Of a stretch of DNA of 64,000 nt, positions 1-12,285 are shown in pieces. This stretch comes from Octopus vulgaris (Eukaryota). The position numbers and the translations under genes are program-made. The DNA is taken from contig OX597823.1 in assembly GCA_951406725.2 (NCBI GenBank), positions 52,638,001 through 52,702,000 of the forward strand, written 5' to 3'. Numbering within the stretch: position 1 is the stretch's first letter; each line of letters opens with the position of its first letter. The notes beneath the pieces are model-generated. The model ran no database searches. It was not told the DNA's origin and saw nothing but the letters and a program-made list of their open reading frames with translations.

Positions 1-570
1 ACACACACTCACGCACGCACACATGTACATCAATGCTTTCGGAGTGATATGTTAAAATATTGAGTTTCTCGAATTTTGTCTTAATTGGTGGTAAAATTGA
101 AAGAAATTTTTTATGGCATCACCCACTGAAGTACTCTGAAAAATCTTAGGTAAATTCTAATTGAAGAAATTGTGTGAGGAGTAAATGGTTATGTATTTAT
201 TTGTTTCTGTTTGCTGTGTTTTTTTATTTTTTGAGTAGTGGTTTAAATACTTTCAGTTTAGTCTTCCTCAAATCACTCTGTCGCTATTTACTTTCATTTT
301 ATTCGTTGTACACTGTGTGTGTGCGTTTGCGTGTGGTGTAAACCAGACTAAGAAAAGCATTTGACACACACACCAGAATGTGAGTTTTCTGTAAATTTTG
401 CTTAATTGGAGTTTAAATTTTAAAAACTGGACCTGGCATGACGCGATGCATTCTACTCTTAAAAATGCTAGGTAAATTGTAATTGAAGAAATACTATATT
501 GTAGATTTCTATAACTCCCAAAGGGAGGCAGATAAAATCTGCCTTTTATAATAAGAGATATATACATACA

Positions 571-682
<112 letters not shown>

Positions 683-968
683 CATATATGCATATATATA
701 CATATATATACCTGTCAAGTCTCATGGTCATTTTTCTCTTATTAAATTCTTAAAACCCAAGGCATGAGTTGCTCATTAGATGTGCTAAAAATAACACCTA
801 AATAGACCTTAAATCACTCATCCATTTTGGTTTTTGCATAATTGTTTGAATTTCTGTGTGTAGAATACATATTTGCAAAATTTTTCTAAAAATTCCAAAA
901 AGTAAAAATGTTATGAGGGATTATATGTTGTGCATAAAGCAGAATTCTGCCACTATTTAATTTGTTTA

Positions 969-2406
969 CAATTGACAACACATACCTGCATGCACTATGT
1001 GACGGCTTCCAAATCTTATTTTCTGACTGGGTGAAAATGATCAAACTTTAAACTTCTGTACCCTTTTTCCCAAAATCTTTCTGGAAAAAGTTAAATATCT
1101 TCTGAGATTCAGCATGAAAAATTACATCAATGCACCAAATTTAAAGATTTTTACTAAACTTTAAAATTTCCACAGGTGCAACAAAATAGAAAAGATCTGT
1201 CAACTCGTGCTAAAATGACACCTTATCATTGTCAAACTATTCATTCTAGCCCCAACTTATTTATGCTACCTTAGTACAGTTATAATACCACAGGTGTTAA
1301 ATATTAATCACCAAGCAGGCCCAACTCAAAACTCAAAAACTTAAAAAACTCAAAGAGACATGTTTTTGATAAACAGGTGAAATGTCTTGAATAATGTGAC
1401 CAAAGATAAATTACAAGTGAGGAATAAATAGTTGGCCTCAAGTAGAAAGCCTTAGATAATGTGCAAGCTAGATCAGGACTGAAAAACAATTGGTTTCATT
1501 TTCACTTGTTCCTTCTCATGCCACACCTGGCTCATAAGGGCCGGTTTCCCGGTTTCCTTGGCATATAGGTTCCCTACCTGGATGGGACATCGGTCCATTG
1601 CAGGTGAGCTGCAAGATGCAGAAGGAAAGAGTGCGAGAAAGTTGTGGTGGAATAGTCAGCAGAAGTTTGCCTTTACCTTCTGCCGGAGCCGCATGGAGCT
1701 TAGGTGTTTCGTTCATAAACACACGCAGTCTGAGATTCAAACCCATGCTTCCTTGACCACGAGTCCACTGCTCTAACCACTAGGCCATGTGCCTCCACAG
1801 TTTGAATATATTTTTTTATAAAATTCTAAAAATCAAAGTTAATAATAATGTTTGAAAAAGCAAAGCATTAGATTCAATACATTTCAGTATTTAACATGGT
1901 TCTTTATATTCAGTCAGTGTTTATGCTGTCACCCACCTGTTTGTTAAAAGATTAAGTACTAGTTAATATTCTACAGTTTTTTCTTCTTAAATAACTAGGT
2001 TATATAACATGTCTCTTTGAGTGTTTTTAAGTTTTAGAGTTGGGCCTGCTTGGTGATGAATACTTAACACCTGCAGTATTATAACTGTACTAAGGAAACA
2101 TAACAATTTGCTCTATAAATTGGGGCTAGAACGAATGGTTTGACAATGATAAGGTGTCATTTTAGCAAGAGTTGGCAGATCTTTTCTGTTTTGTTGCACC
2201 TGTGGAAATTTTAAAGTTTAGTAAAAATTTTTAAATTTGGTGGATTGATGTAATTTTTCATGCTGAATCTCAGAAGATATTTAACTTTTCCAGAAAGATT
2301 TTGGGAAAAAGGGTACAGAAGTTTAAAGTTTGATCATTTTCACCCAGTCAGAAAATAAGATTTGGAAGCCGTCACTTAGTGCATGACAGGTATGTGTTGT
2401 CAATTG
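969..2406. mobile_element. Non-autonomous foldback/MITE-like DNA transposon with ~400-bp terminal inverted repeats and TA flanks
   Basis: 969-~1365 is the near-identical reverse complement of ~2006-2406. Ends are CAATTGACAACACATACCTG and CAGGTATGTGTTGTCAATTG, flanked by TA at 967-968 and 2407-2408. No transposase ORF inside. Confidence 0.85.
1506..1796 (-). mobile_element. tRNA-derived SINE (family D, possibly octopus OK/OR-like) nested in the foldback element
   Basis: Minus-strand head GGAGGCACATGGCCTAGTGGTTAGAGCAG (A box) and GGTTTGAATCT (B box). Head and body match the SINE at 58411. Tail ends CCCTTATGAGCCAGG...GAGAAGGAACAA. Confidence 0.8.
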
Positions 2407-3603
2407 TAAGTTAATATCTTTAGAAATGAAGAAAGCAATGATTAGTTTTGCCAAGAAAATAAGTGATGAAAGAAAAAGTTTTAATGTTAGAAATGTTTAG
2501 TATATTTTATAATGAACACTCCTTTTTTATTTGCTATCACAATTTTTAATTTAATTTCTTATACATTGTATTACATTAGTAAATGTTTATTGGTTTTAGG
2601 AAAAGCTTCAATCTTTGAACAGCTGGAGACTAATACTAGCTATTCTGTAAGATTCCAACCACCAGCACTTTATTCCATTCATTTTCGAACCATCTGTTAT
2701 TGACTGCTATTGCATACAATAGAGAAAACAGTTAGGGTGATATTTGCAGCCAACATCAGCTATTGTAACCTTTCTTCATGTTAGACCTGGGTGTGAAACT
2801 AAATTGTTTGTTTTACATCATAATAGATATCTCTATCAACAAAATTCTGGAGACCTCAAACTGAATGAAACAATAGACGACACTTCATAAATCTAGATAA
2901 GTGGAAATGATATATAACTAAAGATTAGATGGCTTCGTGTGAAGAAAATGAAATATTTTCATCAATAATGTAACTATCATAACCATACTTTATTATTTAT
3001 CCCATTGGTGCCAAATGCATATAGCTTTCATTTCATGCAGAATCTATTAGTTTTCAGAAAGTCTGCCTGCTATTTCTGGACTACGTCATCAAATTTCAAC
3101 AGCTTAATGATTTCGCAATCACATTTAGTCTCATTATTTCACAGTGACACTCAAAATTTTATTATTAGGATCAAGATTTCTTATATAGAAATAACAATCA
3201 AATCTTTATCAAATTTCACTCTACCATCCTGAAAAAATGAAACTGCATATTGAATAATGTGGTGTTAGATATATTATATCTGGTAAAAAAAAAAGGGGGG
3301 CTGTGCACTGCTTGATTGCCTGAGATCATAGGTTTGCTCAATCAGAACTGACTATGGATTATACAACAACTTTTAAGGGGAGGGGTAGTAGAAACCATGG
3401 TCATCATTCTTTTTATTTTTATGAGGAAAGTGATACAATAAATTTCAAGCTGAAATTGAAGCAAAGTCATAGATTATGTTTCCTACTTGATATATTTATT
3501 ATGAAAATACAGATAGAGAAGAGAAATCAAAAGTTCGATATTTCTTATTCAGTAGTTTCAGCTAATCTCAAGTATAATCTCAAGTATAAGCCTGAGTAGT
3601 AGT

Positions 3604-3850
3604 GGAGATGCCTGGCTTAGTGGTCAGTGTGCTAGACTCATGATTGCAAGATTATAGTTTTGATTCCTAGACTCGGTGTTGTGTAGTGTTCTTGAACAAA
3701 ACACTTCATTTCATGTTGCTCTAGTTTACTCATTTGGCAAAAATGAATAATCACACAATAGACTGGTGTCCTGTCCAGATGGGGAATATATACACCACAG
3801 ACACCAGGAAAGCAGCCCTTATAAGTCTACATGACTTAGGAAGGAGCTTT
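3604..3850 (+). mobile_element. tRNA-derived SINE (family C head), degenerate
   Basis: TGGCTTAGTGGTCAG A box, GTTTTGATTCC B box, then CTTGAACAAAACACTTCATTTCATGTTGCTC body shared with 31275 and 62433. Confidence 0.65.
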
Positions 3851-3891
3851 ATTCATTATTCAACTTCAGCACCGAGTCCTGGTTCATTTAA

Positions 3892-4112
3892 ACCTTTCAT
3901 TACCAACCCGGCTGAAACCACCTCTGGCTCTGTAGTACAAATGCTTTGTTTTCATAAGTTTTGAATAAAAATCTTCCACCAAACCTTAGTCACAATTTAT
4001 GTTCCTAACACTAGCTGAATGATAACTAAGTTATTTTACTAAATTCTTTGTTATATTTAAAGTAATTGAAAGAAACACAGAGCATCTCAAAATAAATACA
4101 GTAATGAAAGGG
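3892..4112. mobile_element. piggyBac-type MITE
   Basis: TTAA|ACCTTTCATTAC ... GTAATGAAAGGG|TTAA: short TIRs with TTAA flanks. An inverted, decayed copy lies at ~37429-37632. Confidence 0.75.
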
Positions 4113-4289
4113 TTAAATCATATCACTAAAAGACAATGTTCATATACATACAATTTTCTGGTGGGTTTAATGAAATGTGGAAGAAATATTTGATATAAAA
4201 CAAAAGGATTGCAGTAACACTGGTTGTATTTCTATCACTTAGAAAATGACAAGGGACCAGGAGAGGTGGCAATTTGCTGTAATTCCACA

Positions 4290-4575
4290 CATACAGGCTT
4301 GTCCTTTCAGGTGCTGGTGCCACTTAAAAAGCACCCATACCTGTGCTGTGTTAATGCACCTGTGTTGGTGCTGCATAAACAAGCCCATAATGATGACATA
4401 TTAAAAACACCCAGCACATTCTGTTAAGTGGTCGGCATTAGGAAAGGCATCCAGCCATAGAAGCCATTTCAAAACAGACAGTTGGAGACCTGACAGCTCC
4501 CAGCTAGCCTGCTCAAGTCAAACCATCCAACCCATGCCAGCATGGAGACTGGACGTTAAACAATGACGATAATGA
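4290..4575 (+). mobile_element. RTE LINE 3' UTR fragment with degenerate hairpin repeats
   Basis: GGTGCCACTTAAAAAGCACC repeats, GGCATTAGGAAAGGCATCCAGCC and CCAACCCATGCCAGCATGG followed by a GAT-like tail, as at 10280-10475. Confidence 0.7.
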
Positions 4576-5279
4576 ACTCTTTGCAGTGTCATATATAAAA
4601 CACTTCTACAGGTTTAAAGTGAATCCTCGGGCTGCCATCAAAGCACCTGTATACTTTTTGAGTGGACAGCTACTTGTAACAAAAGTAAGCCACAATACAT
4701 TGTGTAGCTTGCTGCCCTCTTCTCAACAAGAGCTGAGAAATATTTTCATATATCTTTTATATTTGTCTTCTACTATAACAAGATTTTTGTAGCTTCTTCT
4801 ATACTGAATGATTTATTATATTTTCCGGCTCCATTCAATTCCAGGTGGTTTTGGCATGTTTTTATATCACCATCCTTGTTATTCTCAAAGAGATGTGGTA
4901 CATTCTGCAGGAAACGTTTCTCAATAATAAAGTATTTTTTAATGCTCTAACAATGTAATTATCTTGACAAGTGACAGCTACACTGGTCGCATTATCCACA
5001 TTTAAAATAGAAATAGTAATAAAAGGGACAACAACAGCAACAACAATATGACAAATTCTGTTACACAACAATAAATTTTACCTCTGTTGTCACAAATTCT
5101 CCACTTAGGTTTAAACAAAACTTTTCTACAGATAATTTCTTGAAATGAAAAATTTGAGAATCAGTTCAGAATTATCTATTTTCAATCAATTATGGTTCTT
5201 GGCAATAAGTTGAAATCTTACCAATATAAATTTAGGGTTTTTTCTTTTTTCTGATAAAATTATAGGTTTATTCTGTTAT

Positions 5280-5805
5280 TCTTTTACTTTTTTCAGTCAT
5301 TTGACTGCAGCCGTGCTGGGACACCACCTTTACAAGAGCAAATCGACCTCAGGATTTATTCTTTGTAAGCCTAGTACTTATTCTATCAGTCTCTTTACCT
5401 AAGCGCTAAGTTACGAGGATGTAAACACACCAGCATCGGTTGTCAAGCGACATTGGGGGACAAACACAGACGCACAAACATATACATATGTATATATATA
5501 TATACATAAATATGAGAGAGTAACCACTATGTGGTCGACTCTAGTGCTAAAAATAGATCTACTATGGTATAGCCACTAAAAATTGTTTCTAAGGAGAAAT
5601 AACACAACATTTAACGTAGGGCAAGTGAAAAATAACGAAAAATTAGATTAACTCTGGACAATAGTTTCATTATTAATGTAAATGCAATTTTACTTACACA
5701 ACATCTATAATTCATCAGCATAAGTTTGTCTTAAATACAATTTATTAAATCGCACGTTAAATTTCGATGCAGCGTCAAATACATATATATATATATATGT
5801 ATGTA

Positions 5806-5878
<73 letters not shown>

Positions 5879-5976
5879 GATGTGCATTTTTCAGTTTCTA
5901 TCTACCAAATCCATTTACAAGGCACAACACAGAGGAACTGAGCCATGTGGTTGGTAAGCAAGCTACTTAACACACA

Positions 5977-5981
<5 letters not shown>
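5280..5981 (-). mobile_element. SINE family A interrupted in its internal microsatellite by a Penelope-like fragment
   Basis: 3' half at 5280-5500 and 5' half at ~5885-5981 both match the complete copy at 49901-50322. Confidence 0.7.
5515..5780 (-). mobile_element. Penelope-like element terminal fragment with a hammerhead-like motif (5652-5723)
   Basis: Minus strand reads ttatg-CTGATGA-attat...ataat-GAAAC-tatt-GTC-cagag. The fragment sits between (TA)n tracts. Confidence 0.55.
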
Positions 5982-6048
<67 letters not shown>

Positions 6049-6284
6049 TAGCTTAGTCTAGTTTATTCCATGTGTTTGGCAATGACACTCGAAAATATGC
6101 ACAACTAAACTAAGAATCTCTCGTTCTTTTAATATATGGCATGACAACAACTATGTCAAACTAGTGTGTATGTTTAATAATACTAAACTATTCCTAAATT
6201 CAGAATGGAGCAATACAATAATAAATAAAATTATTTCGCTCTTAGTGTATACTTTCTCAGAATATATATAAACATTTTTTTTTC

Positions 6285-6499
6285 ATTTACTTCTTTCAGT
6301 CATTAGACTGTGGCCATGCTGATCACCCTTGAAGAATTTTTAGTCAAATCAATTGATCCCCTGTGCTTATTTTGCCATTGCTCCATTTTTTAAGGCTGGT
6401 TCATATCCTATCGGCCCCTTTCTCTGGGCCACAAGTGGTGGTGGAGAACAAACACACACACCCACATCCACATGCACATACACATACACATGCATACAC

Positions 6500-6530
<31 letters not shown>

Positions 6531-6574
6531 CATTTATACATATATATTTTTACATGTGTGTGTATATATATATA

Positions 6575-6608
<34 letters not shown>

Positions 6609-6616
6609 CATATGTA

Positions 6617-6667
<51 letters not shown>

Positions 6668-6822
6668 CCATGATGAGCTTCCTTCAGTTTCCATCCAGAC
6701 AAGGCTTTGGTTGGCCCAAGATTCTGGTAGAAGATACTTGTCCAAGGTGCTATGCAATGGGACTGAACCTTGAACCATATGGTTGGGAAACACGCTTCTT
6801 TCCACACAGCCATGCCTGCACC
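6285..6822 (-). mobile_element. SINE family A (degenerate) with expanded (TACA)n/(TA)n
   Basis: TTTCAGTCATTAGACTGTGGCCATGCTG tail and CCACACAGCCATGCCTGCACC head on the reverse strand. Confidence 0.7.
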
Positions 6823-7574
6823 TATGAGCTACCCCCTCACCACCACTTTTCTTTGAATTTTCTTTACCTTCATTTCTTTACAATTCAACTATTTTCTGTG
6901 CACTTTCTCAGAGACGGTCATTCATCTTACGACTTAGCCTCTTGTACTTGTCATATGTATACCAATCCCTGACAAATGTAACTAATGCTCTCCGAGTAGA
7001 CAGTTTTACATGTATATTTTGTGCAAGAGATTTTACATAATAAACAAGATGAGCAGTAGATCTGTCAACATCTATTAAGACAATACGCTACTGCTTCCAG
7101 TCAACTGTGGCAGCCGTCTTCTTAGTTACACACTTAGATGCCAACCTTTGTTAGTAATCCACTGAGCAATATGACTAAGGTACTTATCTGTCATGACTAG
7201 TGCTATATCGCCGAAGCCTCATAATATATTTTTCTAACCTAACACCAAAGAGCATTCCTTCTATCCATCACTTTGCAATGAAGTAAAGCCCTTGTTATTA
7301 TTATTATTATTATTATTCGTGAGATGCTTATTTTGTTCGTTATGTTGGCAGAAACAATACCAGCTATTCATTCTTATTTAACTTTATCCATAGTCCTCTT
7401 TAAGTGGGTGAGCCTTTTATCAACACAGCAGCTTAGAAATTACGAAATCATTGATTGCTCTGGGCTTCAACGAGCAAGTCAAAATTATTTCTGACAATAC
7501 TTTCATAAGTTTTGCTTATGCTTGATTGTGTGGGTTGGGAAACACACTATTTAGGAATAAAATGATTTCCATCC

Positions 7575-7880
<306 letters not shown>

Positions 7881-8391
7881 TTGTTTTATGGTTCTCCTTG
7901 ACAAGCAGATTTTGCTAATATTGAATCTGTCAACATTGAGAAAGCAAGAAAGAGTAAAAGAAGAGAAAAACTGAACATTGTCATTTGATTTTCTGATGTG
8001 AAATATTCTAAAAGAAAAACACAACTGGATAATTGAAATAACAATATCTGATAAATTGTATTTCTATATAATACATTTATCTGCATATATTTTCGTTTTA
8101 TGCTGAATTGTAACTAATTATGAGGGGGGGGGGTATTTTGATCATAAGTATTGGTGTCAAATCTTGACACAAGGCCAGCAATTTCAGAGCATCAACCCCA
8201 ATGTTCAACTGGTACTTATTTTATTGGGATACAGGCAAAATGTCACTATGCATTTTACCTGGTACTCTAACGATTCTGTCAGCTTACCACCCTGGAACTC
8301 ATTATTATATTAAGAACAGCAATATTCTAAATAATTTGAAGTTTCCATAATTAATTAAGTTTACTTTGTATTGTCACTGTTAAATTTTCCT

Positions 8392-8792
8392 AAGGCAGTG
8401 AGCTGGTAAAATCATTGGCTCATCAGGCAAAATGCTTAGCAGTATTTCGTCTGCGGCTATGTTCTGAGTTCAAATTCTGCCGAGGTCGACTTTGCCTTTC
8501 ATCCTTTCAGGGTTGATTAAATAAGTACCAGTTATGCACTGGGGTCGATGTCATCGACTTAATCCGTTTGTCTGTCCTTGTTTGTCCCCTCAGTGTTTAA
8601 CCCCTTCTGGGTAGAAAAGAAATAGGTATTTCGTTTGTCTTTGTGTTCTGAGTTCAAATTCCACCTGGGGTCAACTTTGCTTTTCATCCTTTCAGGGTTG
8701 ATAAATTAAGTACCAGTGAGACACTGGGGGTGATGTAATCAATTTGTCCCCTCCCCCAAATTTGAAGCATTGTCCTTCCAGTAGAAAGGATT
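8392..8792 (+). mobile_element. SINE family B, head-to-tail dimer (Meta/MESC-like central domain)
   Basis: AGGCAGTGAGCTGG...GAGTTCAAATTC...GACTTTGCCTTTCATCCTTTCAGGGTTGATWAAWTAAGTACCAG core occurs twice. A degenerate inverted copy lies at ~8150-8292. Confidence 0.8.
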
Positions 8793-9167
8793 ACTACATT
8801 TTCCTAGTATATTACCGCTACCTTCTTGCGTTTCTCATCAGTGTTTACTCCCAACATTATCAACTTAATTTTCTTCTTTAAGGATAGAGTTATATGGGTC
8901 TGTATTACAGTGCTTTCAAGGACTGCATTTTGGCATCATTTCGAGTCTGAAATAGGATTTAAGAAGTTCCAGCTAACTTTTCTGAAATTTTATGTTTATT
9001 TTCCAGGTATTATTTCATGATGTGCAAACTGATACCATGAGTTTACTTTCAGATATATTCATTAGCTTATTTTTGTATTATCTGAAATAAAATACCCACA
9101 TATTGATTAATCCCCCAAAATTGAATTAATTATGTATATGTATATATAGAGCGAGAGGCCTTTTTTC

Positions 9168-9644
9168 TTACCCCTGCTGGTGACAAAAGGCCATTCGCTC
9201 AAAGTAAAAGGCAGACTGTATGATGCATGTGTACGCACAGGCATGCTACATGGTAGTGAAACTTGGGCTGTGACTGCTGAGGATTTGTGTAAGCTTGCAA
9301 GAAATGAAGCTAGTATGCTCCGTTGGATGTGTAATGTCAGTGTTCATAGTCGACAGAGTGTAAGTACCTTGAGAGAAAAGTTGGATCTAAGAAGCATCAG
9401 ATGTTGTGTGCAAGAGAGATGATTGCGCTGGTATGGTCATGTGGCGAGAATGGATGAAGATAGGTGTGTGAAAAAGTGCCACACCCTGGCAGTTGAGGGG
9501 ACCTGTGGAAGAGGTAGACCCAGGAAAACCTGGGTCGAGGTGGTGAAGCACGACCTTCGAACTTTAGGTCTCACCAAGGAAATGACCAGAGACTGAGACC
9601 TTTGGAAGTATGCTGTGCGCGTGAAGACCCGGCAAGACCAGTGA
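9168..9644 (+). pseudogene. RTE-clade LINE ORF C-terminal fragment (downstream of the RT core), 5'-truncated
   Basis: LPLLVTKGHSLKVKGRLYDACVRTGMLHGSETW...LRWMC...LRWYGHVARM...GRGRPRKTW...DLWKYAV are typical RTE C-terminal motifs. In-frame TGA stops at 9420 and 9594. Confidence 0.9.
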
Positions 9645-9742
9645 GAACAATCAAAATCAAACCAAATCAAATCATATATCAGAAAGCAGAACCAAAATTG
9701 AGGTCGATCAACATCAGTGGGAATTGCAGCTGTGGTTAAGCG

Positions 9743-10300
9743 AACCATCCGTTCGTGTCCGCTACCAGCCCCGCCTGGCTCCCGTGCCGGTGACACGTAA
9801 AAGCACCATCCGTTCATGGCCGTTGCCAGCTCTGTCTGGCCCCCGTGTTGGTGGCACGTAAAAGCACCATCCGTTCATGTCCGTTGCCAACCTCGCCTGG
9901 CCCCCGTGCCAGTGACATGTAAAAGCACCATCCGTTCGTGGCCGTTTGCCAGTTCTGTCTGGCCCCGTGTCGGTGGCATGTAAAAGCACCATCCATTCGT
10001 GTCCATTACCAGCCTTGCCTGGCCCCCGTGCCGGTGACACGTAAAAGCACCATCTGTTCGTGGCCGTTTGCCAGCTCTGTCTGGCCCCCATGTCGGTGGC
10101 ACATAAAAGCACCATCCGTTTGTGTCCATTGCCAGCCTCGCCTGGCCCCCGTGCCGGTGACATGTAAAAGCACCATCCGCTCATTCGTGTCCGTTGCCAG
10201 CATAGCCTGGCCCCGTGCCGATGACACGTAAAAGAACCATCCGTTCGTGGCCGTTTGCCAGCTCTGTCTGGCAACTGTGGGTGGCACGTAAAAAGCACCC
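9743..10300 (+). repeat. ~61-bp tandem array (about 9 units, alternating A/B variants) in the RTE 3' UTR
   Basis: Units start at 9789, 9850, 9911, 9972, 10033, 10095, 10156, 10220 and 10280, with core GGTGRCAYGTAAAAGCACCATCCGTTCGTG. Confidence 0.95.
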
Positions 10301-10445
10301 ACTACACTCACGGAGTGGTTGGCGTTAGGAAGGGCATCCAGCCGTAGAAACACTGCCAGATCTGACTGGGCCTGACGAAGCCTTCCAGCTTCACAGACCC
10401 CAGTTGAACCGTCCAACCCATGCTAGCATGGAAAGCGGACGCTAA

Positions 10446-10475
<30 letters not shown>
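10280..10475 (+). mobile_element. RTE LINE 3' terminus with (GAT)n tail
   Basis: GGTTGGCGTTAGGAAGGGCATCCAGCC...CCAACCCATGCTAGCATGG...TAAAT(GAT)n. Other copies at ~11465, 11765, 20355(-), 24930, 26630, 32260(-), 38425(-) and 45863. Confidence 0.85.
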
Positions 10476-10476
<1 letters not shown>

Positions 10477-10477
10477 G

Positions 10478-10545
<68 letters not shown>

Positions 10546-10896
10546 ATGCAATTAAAACAATTGTTGGATGGTTAAGGAGTGATCTAAAATGAAAGCTATG
10601 AGTTTCATCATGCATAGTACTGATTGTGTTAATACTCAAAATTTCTTAAATTTCTGCATAAGGATTATTGGATTTACCTGGAACTTGTATTTTACATACA
10701 TTTACTGGTATCTACTTGTTGGAAATTTAACATTATTCTTTTATACTGAGTGTTTACTTGATACCTGCCACGATTTTTAATCCCATGTTTCCTTATATAT
10801 ATAGAAAATATCATTGAAATTAATATTGATATCTTCGAAAATGTATGTTAGCCCAGCATAATCAAGGCTATCCAGAATTAGTGAAATTCAAATGCT

Positions 10897-11335
10897 AACA
10901 TTCATTAAATTGACATCGTGCTGCAAGCACATACAAACACATTTACATCACAGTAAAACTTGCACAGATATTTATAACAATACCTTTCAAAGTCAACACA
11001 TTAGAACTACAACAGACTCCAAACCCTCTGCAACGACACACCACATACCTTATGCTTTACACAAACTCAGCTCTTTGACAATTAACTACAAAATCTACAG
11101 TTTACTTGCAGCACAATACAAAAATATACATTATCTGTAATCCAATAAAGAAACATGCAGTACGTTTGCAAATTTGCAATACATGAAAGCAACAAAATAT
11201 TTGCAACACTTTATAAACCACAAAATTTTGCAACTCATTTAAAATATGAGCCAATGATGAGGATCTCCTTCTCATTACTTGACTTGCTAAAAATAATAGC
11301 CACATTTCCCTCAAACCATATTCTCTGTCCCTTTA
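10897..11335 (+). repeat. Direct repeat A (second copy at ~15887-16330)
   Basis: Long shared stretches such as ACATACAAACACATTTACATCACAGTAAAACTTGCACAGATATTTATAACAATACCTTTCAAAGTCAACAC. Confidence 0.85.
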
Positions 11336-11964
11336 TAATGCTTTATAGATATTTTCAATAATTGGTAAACCACAAAGTTTTGCAAATCATTAAAATATGG
11401 AACAACAAAGGGAGACTTTGTGTTATTAGTAGACTTCCAAATTTCTGTCTTTCATCTGGTACTGACACTTAAAAAGACCCCAACACACTCTGCAAAGATA
11501 TTGGTGTTAGGAAGAGTATCCAGCTATAGGAAACAACCAAATCATACTGTAACCTGGTGAAGCTCTCCTGTTTGTGAGTACTGATCAGACCATCCAGCTG
11601 ATGCCAGCATGGAAAATGGACATTAAATGATGATGATGATGGTGATGATATATATGGAAATATAAAAATCATTGGTGTCATGGGAACACCAATGGTAGAA
11701 CACCTATTATGTTTACAGATTTATAGCTTCCTCTTCTTCAAGATCCACCTGTCCATCAAAAGGATTATGGTGCCACATAAAAGACACCCAGTACTTTCTG
11801 TAAAGTGGTTGGTGTTAGGAAGGGCATCCAGCCATAGGAACTATGGCAAAACAGATGTCTGCAGCTTGGGGCAGCCATGCAGCTTGTCAGCTCCGGTCAG
11901 ACTGCCCAACCCATAATATGGAAAACTGATGTTAACTGATCACAATGACGATGATATGTATGTG

Positions 11965-12009
<45 letters not shown>

Positions 12010-12012
<3 letters not shown>

Positions 12013-12208
12013 GGTCCCGGGTTGAATCGGGGTTAACCACAGTAAGTAAGGTACTCAATACATAGCAGAGTAAAATTAATTTATTATATAGAAGGAGCTT
12101 CTACAGGACTAGTACTGTTTCATTCAAGAGAAATCTTCAGGAAGCTTCCTGAAGATTTCTCTTGAATGAAACAGTACTAGTCCTGTAGCTCCTTCTATAT
12201 AATAAATA
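12010..12208 (-). mobile_element. Penelope-like terminal fragment in inverted configuration (palindrome 12079-12208)
   Basis: Spacerless inverted repeat centred on AAGCTT (12142-12147), flanked by (TA)n. The GAGTACCTTA motif is shared with the 34210 fragment. Confidence 0.65.
12096..12146 (-). ncRNA. Type I hammerhead-ribozyme-like motif (Penelope type)
   Basis: AGCTTC-CTGAAGA-tttc-tctt-gaat-GAAA-CAG-tactagtc-CTG-TA-GAAGCT gives a 6-bp stem I, intact CUGANGA and GAAA core, a 4-bp stem III with a palindromic ACTAGT loop, and a GUA site. Stem II is weak. Confidence 0.6.
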
Positions 12209-12248
12209 TATATATATATATATATATATATGAATGTATGTGTGTATA

Positions 12249-12285
<37 letters not shown>

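Noticed and set aside
2590-3060. Faint Sola-like fragments (IEKTVR, KIRWLRV)
   Set aside because: Too short and degenerate to support by eye.
9743-10300. CRISPR-like repeat-spacer appearance and overlapping ORFs
   Set aside because: The spacers are two alternating variants rather than unique sequences, the context is a eukaryotic LINE, and no cas genes are present. The ORFs are by-products of the repeat.
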